NCBI GenBank assembly: GCA_048213135.1
Contig: PS015045.1
Coordinates: 37,279-101,278, forward strand
DNA: 64,000 nucleotides
DNA from: Reclinomonas americana ATCC 50394
Lineage: Eukaryota
Reading direction: 5' to 3'
The notes under the pieces were generated by a model. That model did no database searches. It was not told where the DNA came from and was given only the letters and a program-made list of their open reading frames with translations. The translations under genes were made by a program, and so were the position numbers. Shown here one piece after another: positions 1-11,937 of this stretch. Every line of letters begins with the position of its first letter. Position 1 is the first letter of the stretch.

Positions 1-648
1 GCGCAGGCGAATTCGGCGCGACAGGTCGCATCCGCACGCAGCCTGCACCGGACCACCGTGTCGACGGCGCAAAAGGTGCGACAGCGTGAGCCACCGGCTC
101 CCTCGCCACTCATGGTGGATCGCGATGCCGCGGCTGGCCTTGTTTCGTCGCCGCTGCGCCAGCGTGCGGGCTCACCGTCGCCCATCTCGGCCGCCCTGAA
201 CAGCCTGCGAAGGCAAGGCAGCGTGTCGACGATAAATGGCGGCGGCAACGCGCATTCGCCCGGGTCGTCGGTGGGCAGCGGTATGGAGCCCCTCTATGCA
301 CCGCAGCTGACCATTGACTTGCTCCGGCGGCACAATCGGAAGCACGAAGGCAATCAATTCCTGCGCGCCAATGCCCACGGAACCTTCTACTCTGACGACG
401 AGACGGTGAGTGTTTGTCGAAAATCACAGTGTTGAAGAATGTCGATGCTCATTGCACACGCAGGCCAAGAGAATTGTAGCATGGCGCGGCGATGTGGCCG
501 CAATGGTGGCCGAGCGCGAGGACCTCGCGGATGCATTGGTGTGCAACTAGACTTGTATGTGTGTGTGTATGTGTGGCAGAGGGTGGTGCGTGGTTGGTTC
601 CGTTTTTCTCCAATATGCGTAGAAAAGATCAATGAAGAACGATTGTAG
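1..648 (+). CDS. 3' end of a multi-exon gene, Ser/Pro-rich hypothetical protein (partial, runs in from the window edge)
   Basis: Open frame from base 1 to a GTGAGT donor at 406. In-phase exon 464-538 (AKRIVAWRGDVAAMVAEREDLADAL) lies between CAG and GT. The last exon RVVRGWFRF...NEERL ends at TAG 646-648. No domain recognised. Confidence 0.55.
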
Positions 649-1218
649 CCTGTTTTGTGTTACTGCGGGTGATTTTTTTCGACAGGGCACAAGGGGAAAA
701 AGAGAGTGGGGGAGGTGAGNNNNNNNNNNNNNNNNNNNNNNNNNNNNNNNNNNNNNNNNNNNNNNNNNNNNNNNNNNNNNNNNNNNNNNNNNNNNNNNNN
801 NNNNNNNNNNNNNNNNNNNNNNNNNNNNNNNNNNNNNNNNNNNNNNNNNNNNNNNNNNNNNNNNNNNNNNNNNNNNNNNNNNNNNNNNNNNNNNNNNNNN
901 NNNNNNNNNNNNNNNNNNNNNNNNNNNNNNNNNNNNNNNNNNNNNNNNNNNNNNNNNNNNNNNNNNNNNNNNNNNNNNNNNNNNNNNNNNNNNNNNNNNN
1001 NNNNNNNNNNNNNNNNNNNNNNNNNNNNNNNNNNNNNNNNNNNNNNNNNNNNNNNNNNNNNNNNNNNNNNNNNNNNNNNNNNNNNNNNNNNNNNNNNNNN
1101 NNNNNNNNNCAAGGAGAGGGAGAAAGAGAGAGAGACTATCACAGGCATTGCCACTCAAACAATTGGGGGTGAGGAGGGAAAAAATATCGACAACCAAAAA
1201 CACAAGGTGGGGGTATGC

Positions 1219-4200
1219 TTATTCGCTGGAACCAACGGCACTCTCCTCGCCATCCGCGGCTGGTGCCGCTGCCGCACCACCCACACTCGACTTGCTCGTG
1301 TGCTGTGCGAAGAGTGAATGAGGGCGGAGTGGGAGATGAATTGCTTGCTCTCGTGGCACACACACGCACCTTCTCGAGTGCCGCAGCCGACGGCGAGTGC
1401 GGCGGTGTGGCAGCACGAGCGACACTGGCCATTGTGGGATCAGCATAGTTGGTCTTCTTCGGAGTGTGATCCGCTGCAGCCGAAGCCGCAGCCGCAGCGT
1501 CCTCCTCACTGTCGCCGGCCGCGGCCGCAGAGTCTTCCGCGGCTTCATCGCCACCCGCATCAACACCACCGGATCCACTGGGTCTGCGCGACTGTCAGCG
1601 TGACAGGAGAAGAGGAAGATGAAGAGCAAGCAGTGTGTCTCACCCCGCAGCGCCGTCCTCGTCGACGCCCGACACGTCCAGTGGGTCCTCGGCTGCCTCC
1701 GCCGCCGCTGCTGCGTGCTCGGCGTGCTGGGAGTCGCGCTGATGGGAGGGAGGTGAGAAAAAGGGGAAGGGAAGGAGGGGGAAGGGGGAAGGGGGGAAAG
1801 GGGGGGGAGGGGGGAGGGGGGAAAGGGGGAAAGGGGGAGGGAGAAGAGAGGGAGAGGAGAAGGGCAGAAAGAAAAAAGCAGGATCAACAACAAGAAACGG
1901 CGAAAGTGAAGGCGGATGAGGACATGCACGAAGGAAGAGACGAAGAGAAGAGGAGAACGAAGTAGAGGAGAGAAATGGAGAGAAAAGAGAGGATGAGAAG
2001 AAGAGAAAGAGAAGGAGGAAGAGAAAAGGGAGAGAAAGAGAGAGAAACAAGTCAGTGATGACGTAGAAGAAATCAAAAGTAAAGAATGGAGAGCAATGTC
2101 TCCTGCAGTCACGCTTTCTCTCCTTCTCTTCCCGAGAAACTCCCTTCCCCTACAAAACTCGAGCCGATGGCAGTGTGCTGGCCGCCGACGAGGCCGCCGC
2201 CGAGATGCTCTCAATCTTCTTGCGCAGATCGGTCTCCGCTGGAGGCTCAATGACATTGTCGAATGAGTCGGGGCCGTAGCCCTCCATCAGTGACATTTCG
2301 CCGTCGGCGCGGATGCGAACGGCCGACGGGAAGTCCACGTAGGCCAGCTCGAGCGTGAACTGGAACAGCTCGATCTCGTCGGGGATTTGGCCCTTCCACT
2401 GCGCGCAGCGAGAGGGTGAGGGAAGTGGAGAAGGGGGGAGAAGATGAACAGATTTTCACTCAATCTCTCTCTCTGTCTCTCTCTCTCTCCCACACACATA
2501 CACACACATTGTTAGCAACAGACTGTTCCTGACGTACTTCATCACATCAACAGTCACGGCGGCATTCTTCTCTTTGGCTCTCTGTCTTCGACGTCCTGCA
2601 TCCGCTGTCTCTCTTTCTGGCAGCCTCTCACTTCCATAAACAACACAGTATTCCTGCTTGTCTCACACTCAACAGCATTTCTCTTCCTCGCTCTGCCTCG
2701 TTCTCTCTTGCCCTCTCTGCTACTCTCTCTCTCTCTCTCCCTTCCCCTTCTTGTCCCTTCCCCTTCTCCTCCAACTCACCAATTTCCTCGCATCCGTGTG
2801 CATCACCGACTCGTCGACGAACCGCGCAATCAACCCCACCGTGTCCTTGGCCATCACGTGGTGCGCCTCCTTGACACCAATGCTAATCTTGTACGTCTCT
2901 CCCGGTCGCAGGTATGCGCAATCCGGTCGCACCAAAATGTGCTCACGCGAACTCGGCTTGCAGCAGAACGTCACACACCTCGACGACTCGTTCCACAGCA
3001 TGAGAGTGTAGACCGTGGCATCCGAGGGAATTCCTGGGCCGACGAAGATGAGGACGGCGGTGAGTGATAAACAGGAAGACTATCGATCCGCAGCTCACCC
3101 ATGTCGATCACACTGCTCAGCTGGAACGACAGCATCTTCTTGATGGCATTCTCGTCCATGTTCTGTGCCATTGCTCACGCACATCAGCAACATCGTGAGA
3201 TGCCGCGCCTGCCACCATCCACACAACGCAACTCGCCCGACGACCAGGCTCTCCAGCACCGCGTCCGTGTCCTCCACGTCAATGGTCTCGCGGAACGCCT
3301 TTTTGATGTCGTCCATCAGCGGGCCGTACACCTTGCGGAAAACACGTCCATTCTTCACAAACAAGAAGATGGGGCGCGACTTGCTCGCCGCCTCCTCAAT
3401 GTGCGGCAGCATGTCGCGCAGTGGCTGCGACAGCGTGCGCAGATCGACCGGTGCATTGGCGTCAGGCACGGCCTCTGTGCACAACTCGTGAGTGATGAGA
3501 GAGAGGGAGAGGAGAGGAAATGGGACGCACCCACGGCTACACTGGTGCGACGGAAAGCGGGCTTGGTGGTGCCAGGGCGCGAGGCGCTGTACTGGCCCGG
3601 GTTCTGCAGCGAGTCGATGACCTTGTCGGCGTTCAGCTGCAGTGGGAGGTTAGGGCGAAGAAGAAGAAGATGAACAAGGGTGGGTGGGTCGAGGCAACGC
3701 AACGCGCAAAAAGTGCACTGGGCGCTCCATGCAGTCGTATTCGCGGTACAAGAAGGCCCACACGTGCTCGACGGTGGTGCATGGACCGAAAAAGTCCGAG
3801 TGCAGGTCGATGGCTGGAGGGCGCAAGAGTGGGGAAGGGAGAAGTGAAGGCGAGGGGAGAGGGAACAACGTGTGAGGAACAACTCTTCACTGTCGCGACT
3901 GCATAAAGGAAGACAGCGGTTTCAGATATAGGAGAAACTCGACGACAAACACCACTGACCCTCACAATCGGCTCACAAGACGCATAGAGAGGGAGAGTGA
4001 GGGGAGAGAGAGAGAGTGAAACGAAACCGCCAAAGGGCGAGACCTCGACCCATTGATCGGTGCAAAGCAGAGATTGCCACACAGAATCCCTCACAATCAC
4101 GCAGAGAACGAGATCACCCTTCGCCCTTATCAAGTGAGAGATCAGAACACAGAATCCTCTCGCAACCAGCACACAAAGACCAGCCTTCTCTCTCACAACC

Positions 4201-5153
4201 GACGAACAAACACCACAACAAAACAATGAAACGCTCACAAAGATCGACGAAAGGCGTCAGAGTACGGCCTCACAACGGTGAGATCGCCACACAGCATCTC
4301 TCGAACAAACACCAGACAGGATGAAAACCATCACAGAACGAGATCTGCCTAACCGAGTGGCAACCCAAGAGCAAAAACTACCAAAAGATAAATGAAAAGC
4401 TCATGAAACACGACAATAAGCACAACAGAGCGAGATCTCCTGTCGCCCTCACCAAGTGAGAGATCACCACACAGAACCCTCATAAAACAAGCACCAGACA
4501 AAGAACAAACCTGCTCTCTCACAACTCAACAAACACCACAACAAGATCAATAAAGAAGCTCATGAAACAAGAAGAAAAGCACAACAGAACGAGACCACGC
4601 GTCGCCTTCACCAAGCAAAANNNNNNNNNNNNNNNNNNNNNNNNNNNNNNNNNNNNNNNNNNNNNNNNNNNNNNNNNNNNNNNNNNNNNNNNNNNNNNNN
4701 NNNNNNNNNNNNNNNNNNNNNNNNNNNNNNNNNNNNNNNNNNNNNNNNNNNNNNNNNNNNNNNNNNNNNNNNNNNNNNNNNNNNNNNNNNNNNNNNNNNN
4801 NNNNNNNNNNNNNNNNNNNNNNNNNNNNNNNNNNNNNNNNNNNNNNNNNNNNNNNNNNNNNNNNNNNNNNNNNNNNNNNNNNNNNNNNNNNNNNNNNNNN
4901 NNNNNNNNNNNNNNNNNNNNNNNNNNNNNNNNNNNNNNNNNNNNNNNNNNNNNNNNNNNNNNNNNNNNNNNNNNNNNNNNNNNNNNNNNNNNNNNNNNNN
5001 NNNGAGAGAGAGAGAGAGCACTCACTCACCCAATGTGCCCGAGTGCTGCTGCGAAAACGTCAACTCCTCGTCGAGTCTCGAGTATCGCTCAATGGGACGA
5101 AACACCTCGCGGATGCCCGCGGCCTTGGCGCCTGCTCCTGCTCCCTTGCGCAT
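1219..5153 (-). CDS. Thioredoxin-domain protein (NME8/TXNDC3-type TRX fold, degenerate active site) with MSP/VAP-like Ig domain and acidic Ala-rich tail; multi-exon
   Basis: Exon 5153-5030 (MRKGAGAG...SGTL) splices in phase to AIDLHSDFFGPCTTVEHVW...VHFLR (3813-~3705), then LNADKVIDSL and KSRPIFLFVKNGRVFRKVYGP. This parallels the NME8 TRX pattern VIDVY..WCGPC...LHFAVAEAD...PVFLF..NGK. Exon ~3035-2780 (LMLWNESSRCVTFCCKPSSREHILVRPDCAYLRPGETYKISI) resembles an MSP domain. Stop TAA at 1219. Confidence 0.65.
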
Positions 5154-5331
5154 AATGCTGTTTCTTCTGTCTCTCTCACACACGCGTCACTGAGGCACAC
5201 ATGAGACAGAGGAGAGAGAGCACAAGAGAAAGACATAAGCGCACCTGTTCAGACAAAGATCGCTCTCTCTGTCTCTTTCGCTGTGTCTCTGTTTTGTGTG
5301 TGTGTCTCTCTTGCTCTCACTGTCACACGAT

Positions 5332-5362
<31 letters not shown>

Positions 5363-6151
5363 GGCTGTTCCCTCTCGCAGAGTGATGATTTAGATGGAGT
5401 TTGGCGCCAATTTTGTGACTCGCGATCAACGGCCGCGTCGTGTTCGGATTTCGGTTTCTTTCGTGCGATCTCTCGTAAGTGCATTACGTTTACCTTCTCC
5501 TCGGTTGTATTTATCATGCAGACCACGCAGGCAGCGACAGAACAGGGCTTTTCGTCACAAGTTTGCCAGTAGCAAGGTTATTGAATCGAAATCGTTATGT
5601 ATGCCATGGCCAAGGTTCTCAGGGCAAGGGAGAGAGTTCACACAACTGCCGTGGGGCGCATGTAAGAAGTCATCGCGGTCCGTCTTCGAGATGTCTGGTC
5701 ACGAATTCGGAAGAAACATTGTGCAGTTTTCCCAGATCACCATATTCAGGATGTTGCTGTTGAGTTGAGTGTTGCTGAGAGACGAACTACCGCGGCACTT
5801 GCCGGGTGTGCTATCCTGCTGCAGCACGATCGCGATTGCTATGCGGTGAAGATATCGATCGCAGTTGTCGACTTGTTCACACACACAAGTAACCTGCTGC
5901 TGCCTCAAGATTAGTGTCTGTGTTGATGTTCTGAATATGGCTGGACTTGGACTTCAAGACAGCTGTTGCTTGTTTGTTGGTGAATGAATTGTTGTTGTAC
6001 ATACTGGCATCAAAGTCATGGTGAGAAAGAGAGCGAGACAGCGAGAAAGCGAGAGAGAGAGAGAGAGAGTGTGTGTGTTAAACGCCTTCCTTCGTCCCTT
6101 CTCGCCCCTTCTCGCCCCTTCTCGCCCCCTCCCTTCCCCTTCCATCCTCCC

Positions 6152-7504
6152 TCACAGATGCATCAAGGGATCCGCGCGACAGCGGAACAGCACGCACTCG
6201 GCATCCTGGACCACGAAGCAGCGCAGCACCAACTCTGCCAGCACGCGCGACTCCGCGTCGTCGTCGTTGTCCTCCTCCACCTCCTTCTGCTGCATCTCCT
6301 GGACGGCCTCCATGGCCGCCCGCGCGCGGTCGAACTCGTTCCGAGCAAAGGCGCACGGTGTGGAGAACACTCGCACTGTGTCCTCCTCCATGCCACTGAC
6401 GATGCGCTGGCCGTCGCGAGTAACAGCGATGCCAGTCACTGCAAAAGCNNNNNNNNNNNNNNNNNNNNNNNNNNNNNNNNNNNNNNNNNNNNNGTAGTCG
6501 CACACCTGCTGCACTTCATCCCCGCTCTCGAGCGACCACACTCGCAGAGTGCAGTCAGTACCGCCACTCAGCACATGGCGGCCATCGGGAGTGACGGCAA
6601 CGCAGGTTACTCCGTCGGTGTGTCCCTGCAGCCGATGCACCTCCTCGCCACTCTCCAGCGACCACACGCGCACTGTGCAGTCGTTGCCTCCGGCAATGGC
6701 GAAGCGTCCACAAGGCGTGACCGCGACACAATTCACCGATTCGCGGAATCCCTCAAACAGTCGCACCGCCTCGCCACTCGCCAGTGACCACACTCGCACT
6801 TCCGCGTCACTACTGCCACTGACAACGAGCTGGCCGTCGGGAGTGACAGCGACGGAGTTCACCCGGGCAGGGCACATGTAGCGCTTCAATCGATGCACCA
6901 CCTCGCCCGTCACCAGTGACCACACAAACACTTCCCCATCTCCGCCTCCGCTCACAATGTGCTGGCCATTGGGAGTGACGGCGACGCATATGACCCATCC
7001 AGCGTGCGCCTGGAATCGCTGCACCTCTGCACCACTCGCCAGTGACCACACGCGCACTATCTTGTCCCAGCCGCCACTCACTACGTGCTGGCCGTCGGGA
7101 GTGATGGCGACACAGTACGCCCAATGCTCGTGCATAGGCAGTTGTCGCNNNNNNNNNNNNNNNNNNNNNNNNNNNNNNNNNNNNNNNNNNNNNNNNNNNN
7201 NNNNNNNNNNNNNNNNNNNNNNNNNNNNNNNNNNNNNNNNNNNNNNNNNNNNNNNNNNNNNNNNNNNNNNNNNNNNNNNNNNNNNNNNNNNNNNNNNNNN
7301 NNNNNNNNNNNNNNNNNNNNNNNNNNNNNNNNNNNNNNNNNNNNNNNNNACTTGTTCTCCACTCGCGAGGGCATACAGTCGCACGGTGCCATCGTGATGG
7401 CCAGTGATCACGTGCAAGTCGTCGGGCGTGACAGGCGTGGTCATGGAGCACACTGAACGTGCGCACTCAAACTCGCGTGTGGTGATGAGAAGAGGAGAGG
7501 TCAT
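6152..7504 (-). CDS. WD40-repeat protein, array copy 1 (intronless where visible; two N-gaps), with family-specific C-terminal helical tail
   Basis: Repeats of GH..V.CVAVTPDG.HVVSG..D..VRVWSL.SGE.V; ends TPCAFARNEFDRARAAMEAVQEMQ...RVLAELVLRCFVVQDAECVLFRCRADPLMHL*; ATG at 7504. Confidence 0.85.
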   Translation of the reverse strand: MTSPLLITTREFECARSVCSMTTPVTPDDLHVITGHHDGTVRLYALASGEQXXXXXXXXXXXXXXXXXXXXXXXXXXXXXXXXXXXXXXXXXXXXXXXXXXXXXXXXXXXXXXXXXXXXRQLPMHEHWAYCVAITPDGQHVVSGGWDKIVRVWSLASGAEVQRFQAHAGWVICVAVTPNGQHIVSGGGDGEVFVWSLVTGEVVHRLKRYMCPARVNSVAVTPDGQLVVSGSSDAEVRVWSLASGEAVRLFEGFRESVNCVAVTPCGRFAIAGGNDCTVRVWSLESGEEVHRLQGHTDGVTCVAVTPDGRHVLSGGTDCTLRVWSLESGDEVQQVCDYXXXXXXXXXXXXXXXAFAVTGIAVTRDGQRIVSGMEEDTVRVFSTPCAFARNEFDRARAAMEAVQEMQQKEVEEDNDDDAESRVLAELVLRCFVVQDAECVLFRCRADPLMHL

Positions 7505-8325
7505 GGTGCTGAGCAAGAAGGGAGTGAGCTGCGCGTGTGTGTGGATATGTGAAAGGCGAGTGGCACTGCTCGCGCGCTGGAGCTTTTACCTTTCTAGGTG
7601 ATGCATGAGACCGCCGAAAGAACGTGCTAATGCATTGAAGGCAGGCGGAAAAGTCATCGGAAATGCAGCTTGATTTCTTGGTGCGACCAGCGGTGTCGAT
7701 CGCTGCCCTCGACGCAATGGATCACGTGTTGTTTTTCTGATTTTTCGAGGTACGCCAGCGATCCAGCTACAAAATGGTGTGAGTCACGCGAATAGTGTGC
7801 CACGGGAAGGTCGGGGCTTATGCTGCGCGCCGTCAGAGGGTGTGAGAAAATAAAGCATTTTGTGCACCACAAAAGTTCTGCTTTGTTGCTGGTGCCGCTT
7901 CGCAGCTCATTCGAGAGCTCTAGAAACGGGCTTTTCAACGCTCTGACACGATGAGCGCAAACACACACGAACACCAAGTGAGAAATGGATATGTCATTTC
8001 TCTCAAGAAGCCTGAGAAACCCATCTTGCGAGTTTTTGTTACTGATTGTGTCATCCCCTCCCTTTGATTTACCACGCAGGAATCCGGACGTTGCCTGAAG
8101 GACGACAGTGCAACTCATTTGTTGCACCGCAACTGGAAGCAAAGACAGGGAGACGAGAAACACGACGTTTCTGGTCTTGGAGGGTCGGGTTGGTCACTCG
8201 ACGTTGTCGCCGGTGATCATGAAGAATTCAAAGTCCACGGTGAAGACACCTCAACAAGACGGCCTAAAGACGATTCGTAAAAGTACACTGCTTCGTCACA
8301 AGGGATCAACACTATAGCCCTTCCC

Positions 8326-8710
8326 TCACAATCGCATCGAAGGGTCCGCACGGCACCGGAACAACACACACTCGGCATCCTCCACCAAGAAGCACCGCAG
8401 CACCACCTCTACCAGCACGCGCGAGTCGTCGTCCTCCTCCTCCTCCTGCATCTCCTGGACGACCTCCAAGGCCGCCCTCGCACGGTGAATCTCATCCCAA
8501 GCCAACGCACACGGCGTGCNNNNNNNNNNNNNNNNNNNNNNNNNNNNNNNNNNNNNNNNNNNNNNNNNNNNNNNNNNNNNNNNNNNNNNNNNNNNNNNNN
8601 NNNNNNNNNNNNNNNNNNNNNNNNNNNNNNNNNNNNNNNNNNNNNNNNNNNNNNNNNNNNNNNNNNNNNNNNNNNNNNNNGAGAGGGGCAGGAGGAGGGG
8701 GAGAGGACAT
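8326..8710 (-). CDS. WD40 family copy 2; only the N-terminus and C-terminal tail are visible, and the repeats presumably collapsed into the N-gap
   Basis: MSSPPPPAPL before the gap; TPCALAWDEIHRARAALEVVQEMQEEEEDDDSRVLVEVVLRCFLVEDAECVLFRCRADPSMRL* after it, near-identical to copy 3; flanking DNA is also homologous to copy 3. Confidence 0.65.
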
Positions 8711-9109
8711 GGTGACACAGAGAGGGAGGGAGAAGGAGAGGAGGAGCGGTAGGGAGGGATAGCACGCGGACGAATGAATGTGTGAGAAGCGGACAGAATG
8801 TGCTGGGAGGACAGGTTGTCTTTCAACATTATGAGCACCGCGAAACTCGGATACAACTACAACTCGGCGATAGGGGAATGAGAACGAAGAAAGGGAGTTT
8901 ACTCGACTCGAGTGATTGACAAACACTCAATGTCGGTGAGCTCAGATCGATCAGGGCTGCAGGCCGGAGAGAGACAAGAGGATGTGCCTGCTGCTCGCTG
9001 CATACGGAATAAAAGAAGAGTTGATGTCACAAATCTCGTGAAGTACACTGCTGCGTCACGAGACAGAAAGAGAGAGCACCAGCTTCTCCTGTCTCTTCCT
9101 CTTCCCCTC

Positions 9110-10252
9110 TCACAAATGCATTGAAGGGTCCGCGCGACATCGGAACAACACACACTCCGCATCCTCCACCAAGAAGCACCGCAGCACCACCTCTACCAGC
9201 ACGCGCGAGTCGTCGTCCTCCTCCTCCTGCCGCATTTCCTGGACGACCTCCAAGGCCACCCGCGCACGGTGAATCTCGTCCCAAGCCAACGCACACGGCG
9301 TGCACCACACTCGCAGCATTCCGCCACGGCATCCGCTCACTACGTGCTGGCCGTCGGGAGCGACGGCGACAGACTGCACTTCCCTAGCGTGCCCTTCCAG
9401 TCGGCACACTTCCTCGCCAGTCGCCAGTGACCACAAGCGCACTGTGCGGTCGCCACACCCGCTCACCACGTGCCTCCCGTCGGGAGTGACAGTGACGGAA
9501 TGCACGGGACCTGCGTGGCCCTTCATTTGTCGCACCTCCTCGCCACTCGCCAGTGACCACACTCGCACAGTCCTGTTGTTACCCCCACTCACCACGTGCT
9601 GTCCGTCGGGAGTGACGGCGACAGACAAAACTCTTCCATAGAAGCGATCACCGAAGCGACGCACCTCCTCACCACTTGCCACGGACCACACTCGCACTTC
9701 CGAGTTGTTACTCCCACTGACAACATGCCGACCATCGGGAGTGACGGCGACCGACCATATCAAGTCTGTGTGTCCCTCAAGTACATGCACTTGTTCGCCA
9801 CTCGCCAGCGACCACACGCGCACTGTCTTGTCACTGCTTCCACTCACCACATGCAGCCCGTCAGGAGTGACTGCAACACATATTACTCCTGCAGTGTGCC
9901 CCTCCATTCGCAGCACCTCCTCACCACTCGCCAGTGACCACACTCGCACGGTGTTGTCCCCACTGCCACTGACTACAAACTGACCATCGGCGGTGATGGC
10001 GACAGAGAGAACCCACTTGGCATGTCCCTCCAATCGTCGCACTTCCCAGCCAGTGGCAAGAGACAGCAGTCGCACTGTGCCATCGCGATTGCCACTCACA
10101 ATGTGGTGGCCATCAGCAGAGACTACGATACCACTCACAGAGCCACCACAGCCAAACAGTCGTGAGTAGGGGAAGAGAGGAGGAGGAGGAGGAGGAGGAG
10201 GAGGAGGAGGAGGAGGAGGAGGAGGAGGAGGAGGAGGAGGAGGAGAGGACAT
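9110..10252 (-). CDS. WD40 family copy 3, complete: poly-Pro N-terminus, 7 WD40 repeats, conserved C-terminal tail
   Basis: Gap-free intronless ORF; MSS followed by ~22 Pro encoded by a (CCT)n tract; seven ~42-aa repeats counted; tail ...LFRCRADPSMHL*. Confidence 0.9.
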   Translation of the reverse strand: MSSPPPPPPPPPPPPPPPPPPPPPPLFPYSRLFGCGGSVSGIVVSADGHHIVSGNRDGTVRLLSLATGWEVRRLEGHAKWVLSVAITADGQFVVSGSGDNTVRVWSLASGEEVLRMEGHTAGVICVAVTPDGLHVVSGSSDKTVRVWSLASGEQVHVLEGHTDLIWSVAVTPDGRHVVSGSNNSEVRVWSVASGEEVRRFGDRFYGRVLSVAVTPDGQHVVSGGNNRTVRVWSLASGEEVRQMKGHAGPVHSVTVTPDGRHVVSGCGDRTVRLWSLATGEEVCRLEGHAREVQSVAVAPDGQHVVSGCRGGMLRVWCTPCALAWDEIHRARVALEVVQEMRQEEEDDDSRVLVEVVLRCFLVEDAECVLFRCRADPSMHL

Positions 10253-10703
10253 TGTGTCACAGAGAGGGAGGGAGAGGGAGAGCGCGCAAGGAATGTACTG
10301 TATGCGCGGGAGTTTGAGGGACAGAATGATGGGAGACCGCGTCTTCGTCTTGCAGCTTCTCTTCTGCACTATGAGCACCACGAAACGCGAGTACAAGCTA
10401 CATTCGGCAACAGGGAGAAGGAGAACGATGATAACGGGTTCACTCGACTTGTGAATGCACAGCATAATATGCATGCTTCGACGTCGAGGGCGTCGAGTTT
10501 GCGAGCCACTTTGGAGGGCATCACCAGATGATGCAGGTGGGTGGTGGATGAGGTGCCAGGCCGGTAATTAAATGAATCAGTTGTTTTGTGCGTGCAGAAG
10601 ACAACTCAAGAACGAGATTAAGGGCGCTTCGTGAAGTACACTGCCATGTCCCGACGAGGGGAGAGCGTGTGCAATTGAGAGAGCAGCGTCTTCCTTGACA
10701 TCT

Positions 10704-11937
10704 TCACCCCTTCCTCTCCCCTTGGTCCGCACGACATCGAAAGAGCACACACTCGGCATCCTCCACCAGGAAGCACCGGAGCACCACCTCTGCCAGCACT
10801 CGCGAGTCGTCCTCTTCCTCCTCCTGCATCTCCTGGACGACCTCCAAAACCGCCCGCGCACGGTCCAGCTCGTTCCGTGCGAGTGCGCACTGCGTGGACC
10901 ACACTCGAACAAATCTGCCGCTGCCGCTCACCACCTGCTGACCGTCGGAAGCGACGGCGACACACTGCACCCACGCAGTGTGACCGCCAAACTGCCGTTC
11001 CTCCTCTCCACTCTCAAGCGACCACATTCGCACGGTCATATCACCACCGCCGCTCACTACGTGCCTCCCGTCGGGAGTGACAGTGACAGAATGCACCGGA
11101 CCAGTGTGCCCCTCCATCGGTCGCACTTGCTGGCCACTCGCCAGAGACCACACACGCACTATGCGGTCCACACTTCCACTCACCACGTGCTGGCCATCGG
11201 GTGTGATGGTAACAGCATGCACGCCTCCCCCGTGACCCCCAAATCGCCGCACCTCCTCACCCCTCACCAGTGACCACAAGTGCAAGGTGTAGTAATCACT
11301 CCCACTGACAATGTGCCGACCATCGGGAGTGATGGCGACTGAATACACCACCCCGGTGTTTGCCGCACACCGTTGCACGAGNNNNNNNNNNNNNNNNNNN
11401 NTCCTCACCCCTCACCAGTGACCACAAGTGCAAGGTGTAGTAATCACTCCCACTGACAATGTGCCGACCATCGGGAGTGATGGCGACTGAATACACCACC
11501 CCGGTGTTTGCCGCACACCGTTGCACGAGTTCTCCACTCGCCATCGACCACACGCGCACTGTGCGGTCAGCACTCCCACTCACAGCGTGCTTCCCATCGG
11601 GAGTGACGGCGACACAATGCACCGGTTCAGTGTGTCCCTCCATTCGCCGCACCTCCTCGCCACTCGCCAGTGACCACACGAGCACAGTCTTGTCCCAGCT
11701 GCCGCTGACTACAAACTGACCATCAGCTGTGACGGCCACTGATGTCACCCACCTGCTATGTCCCTCCATTCGTCGCACCTCCTTGCCAGTCACCAGAGAC
11801 AACACTCGCACACTGCCATCTTGGTGGCCAGTCGCAACGTGCTGACAGTCGGGTGTGACGGTGACACAGTTCACGGAGCCTCCACTGCCAAGCAGGCAGT
11901 GGCTGGGGAACAGAGGAGGAGGAGGAGGAGAGGACAT
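10704..11937 (-). CDS. WD40 family copy 4 (7 repeats once the duplicated overlap around the 20-N gap is collapsed)
   Basis: MSSPPPPPLFPSHCLLGSGGSVNCV... The ~128 bp on each side of the gap at 11382-11401 are identical, so the two ORFs join into one. Tail ...CALARNELDRARAVLEVVQEMQ...LFRCRADQGERKG*. Confidence 0.85.

Noticed and set aside
5394-5940. Short ORFs in non-repetitive DNA between the thioredoxin gene and the WD40 array (similarly 7654-8317 and 28300-28960)
   Set aside because: No recognisable motifs, coherent splice chain or RNA-gene structure; treated as intergenic.
8326-8710. Apparent mini-protein consisting of the tail with almost no WD40 repeats
   Set aside because: The middle is an N-gap whose length estimate is unreliable in a repeat array.
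11254-11529. Perfect ~128-bp direct repeat within WD40 copy 4 (apparent extra blade or frameshift)
   Set aside because: The two copies sit exactly on either side of a 20-N placeholder gap. This is an unmerged contig overlap; collapsing it restores a 7-repeat ORF.
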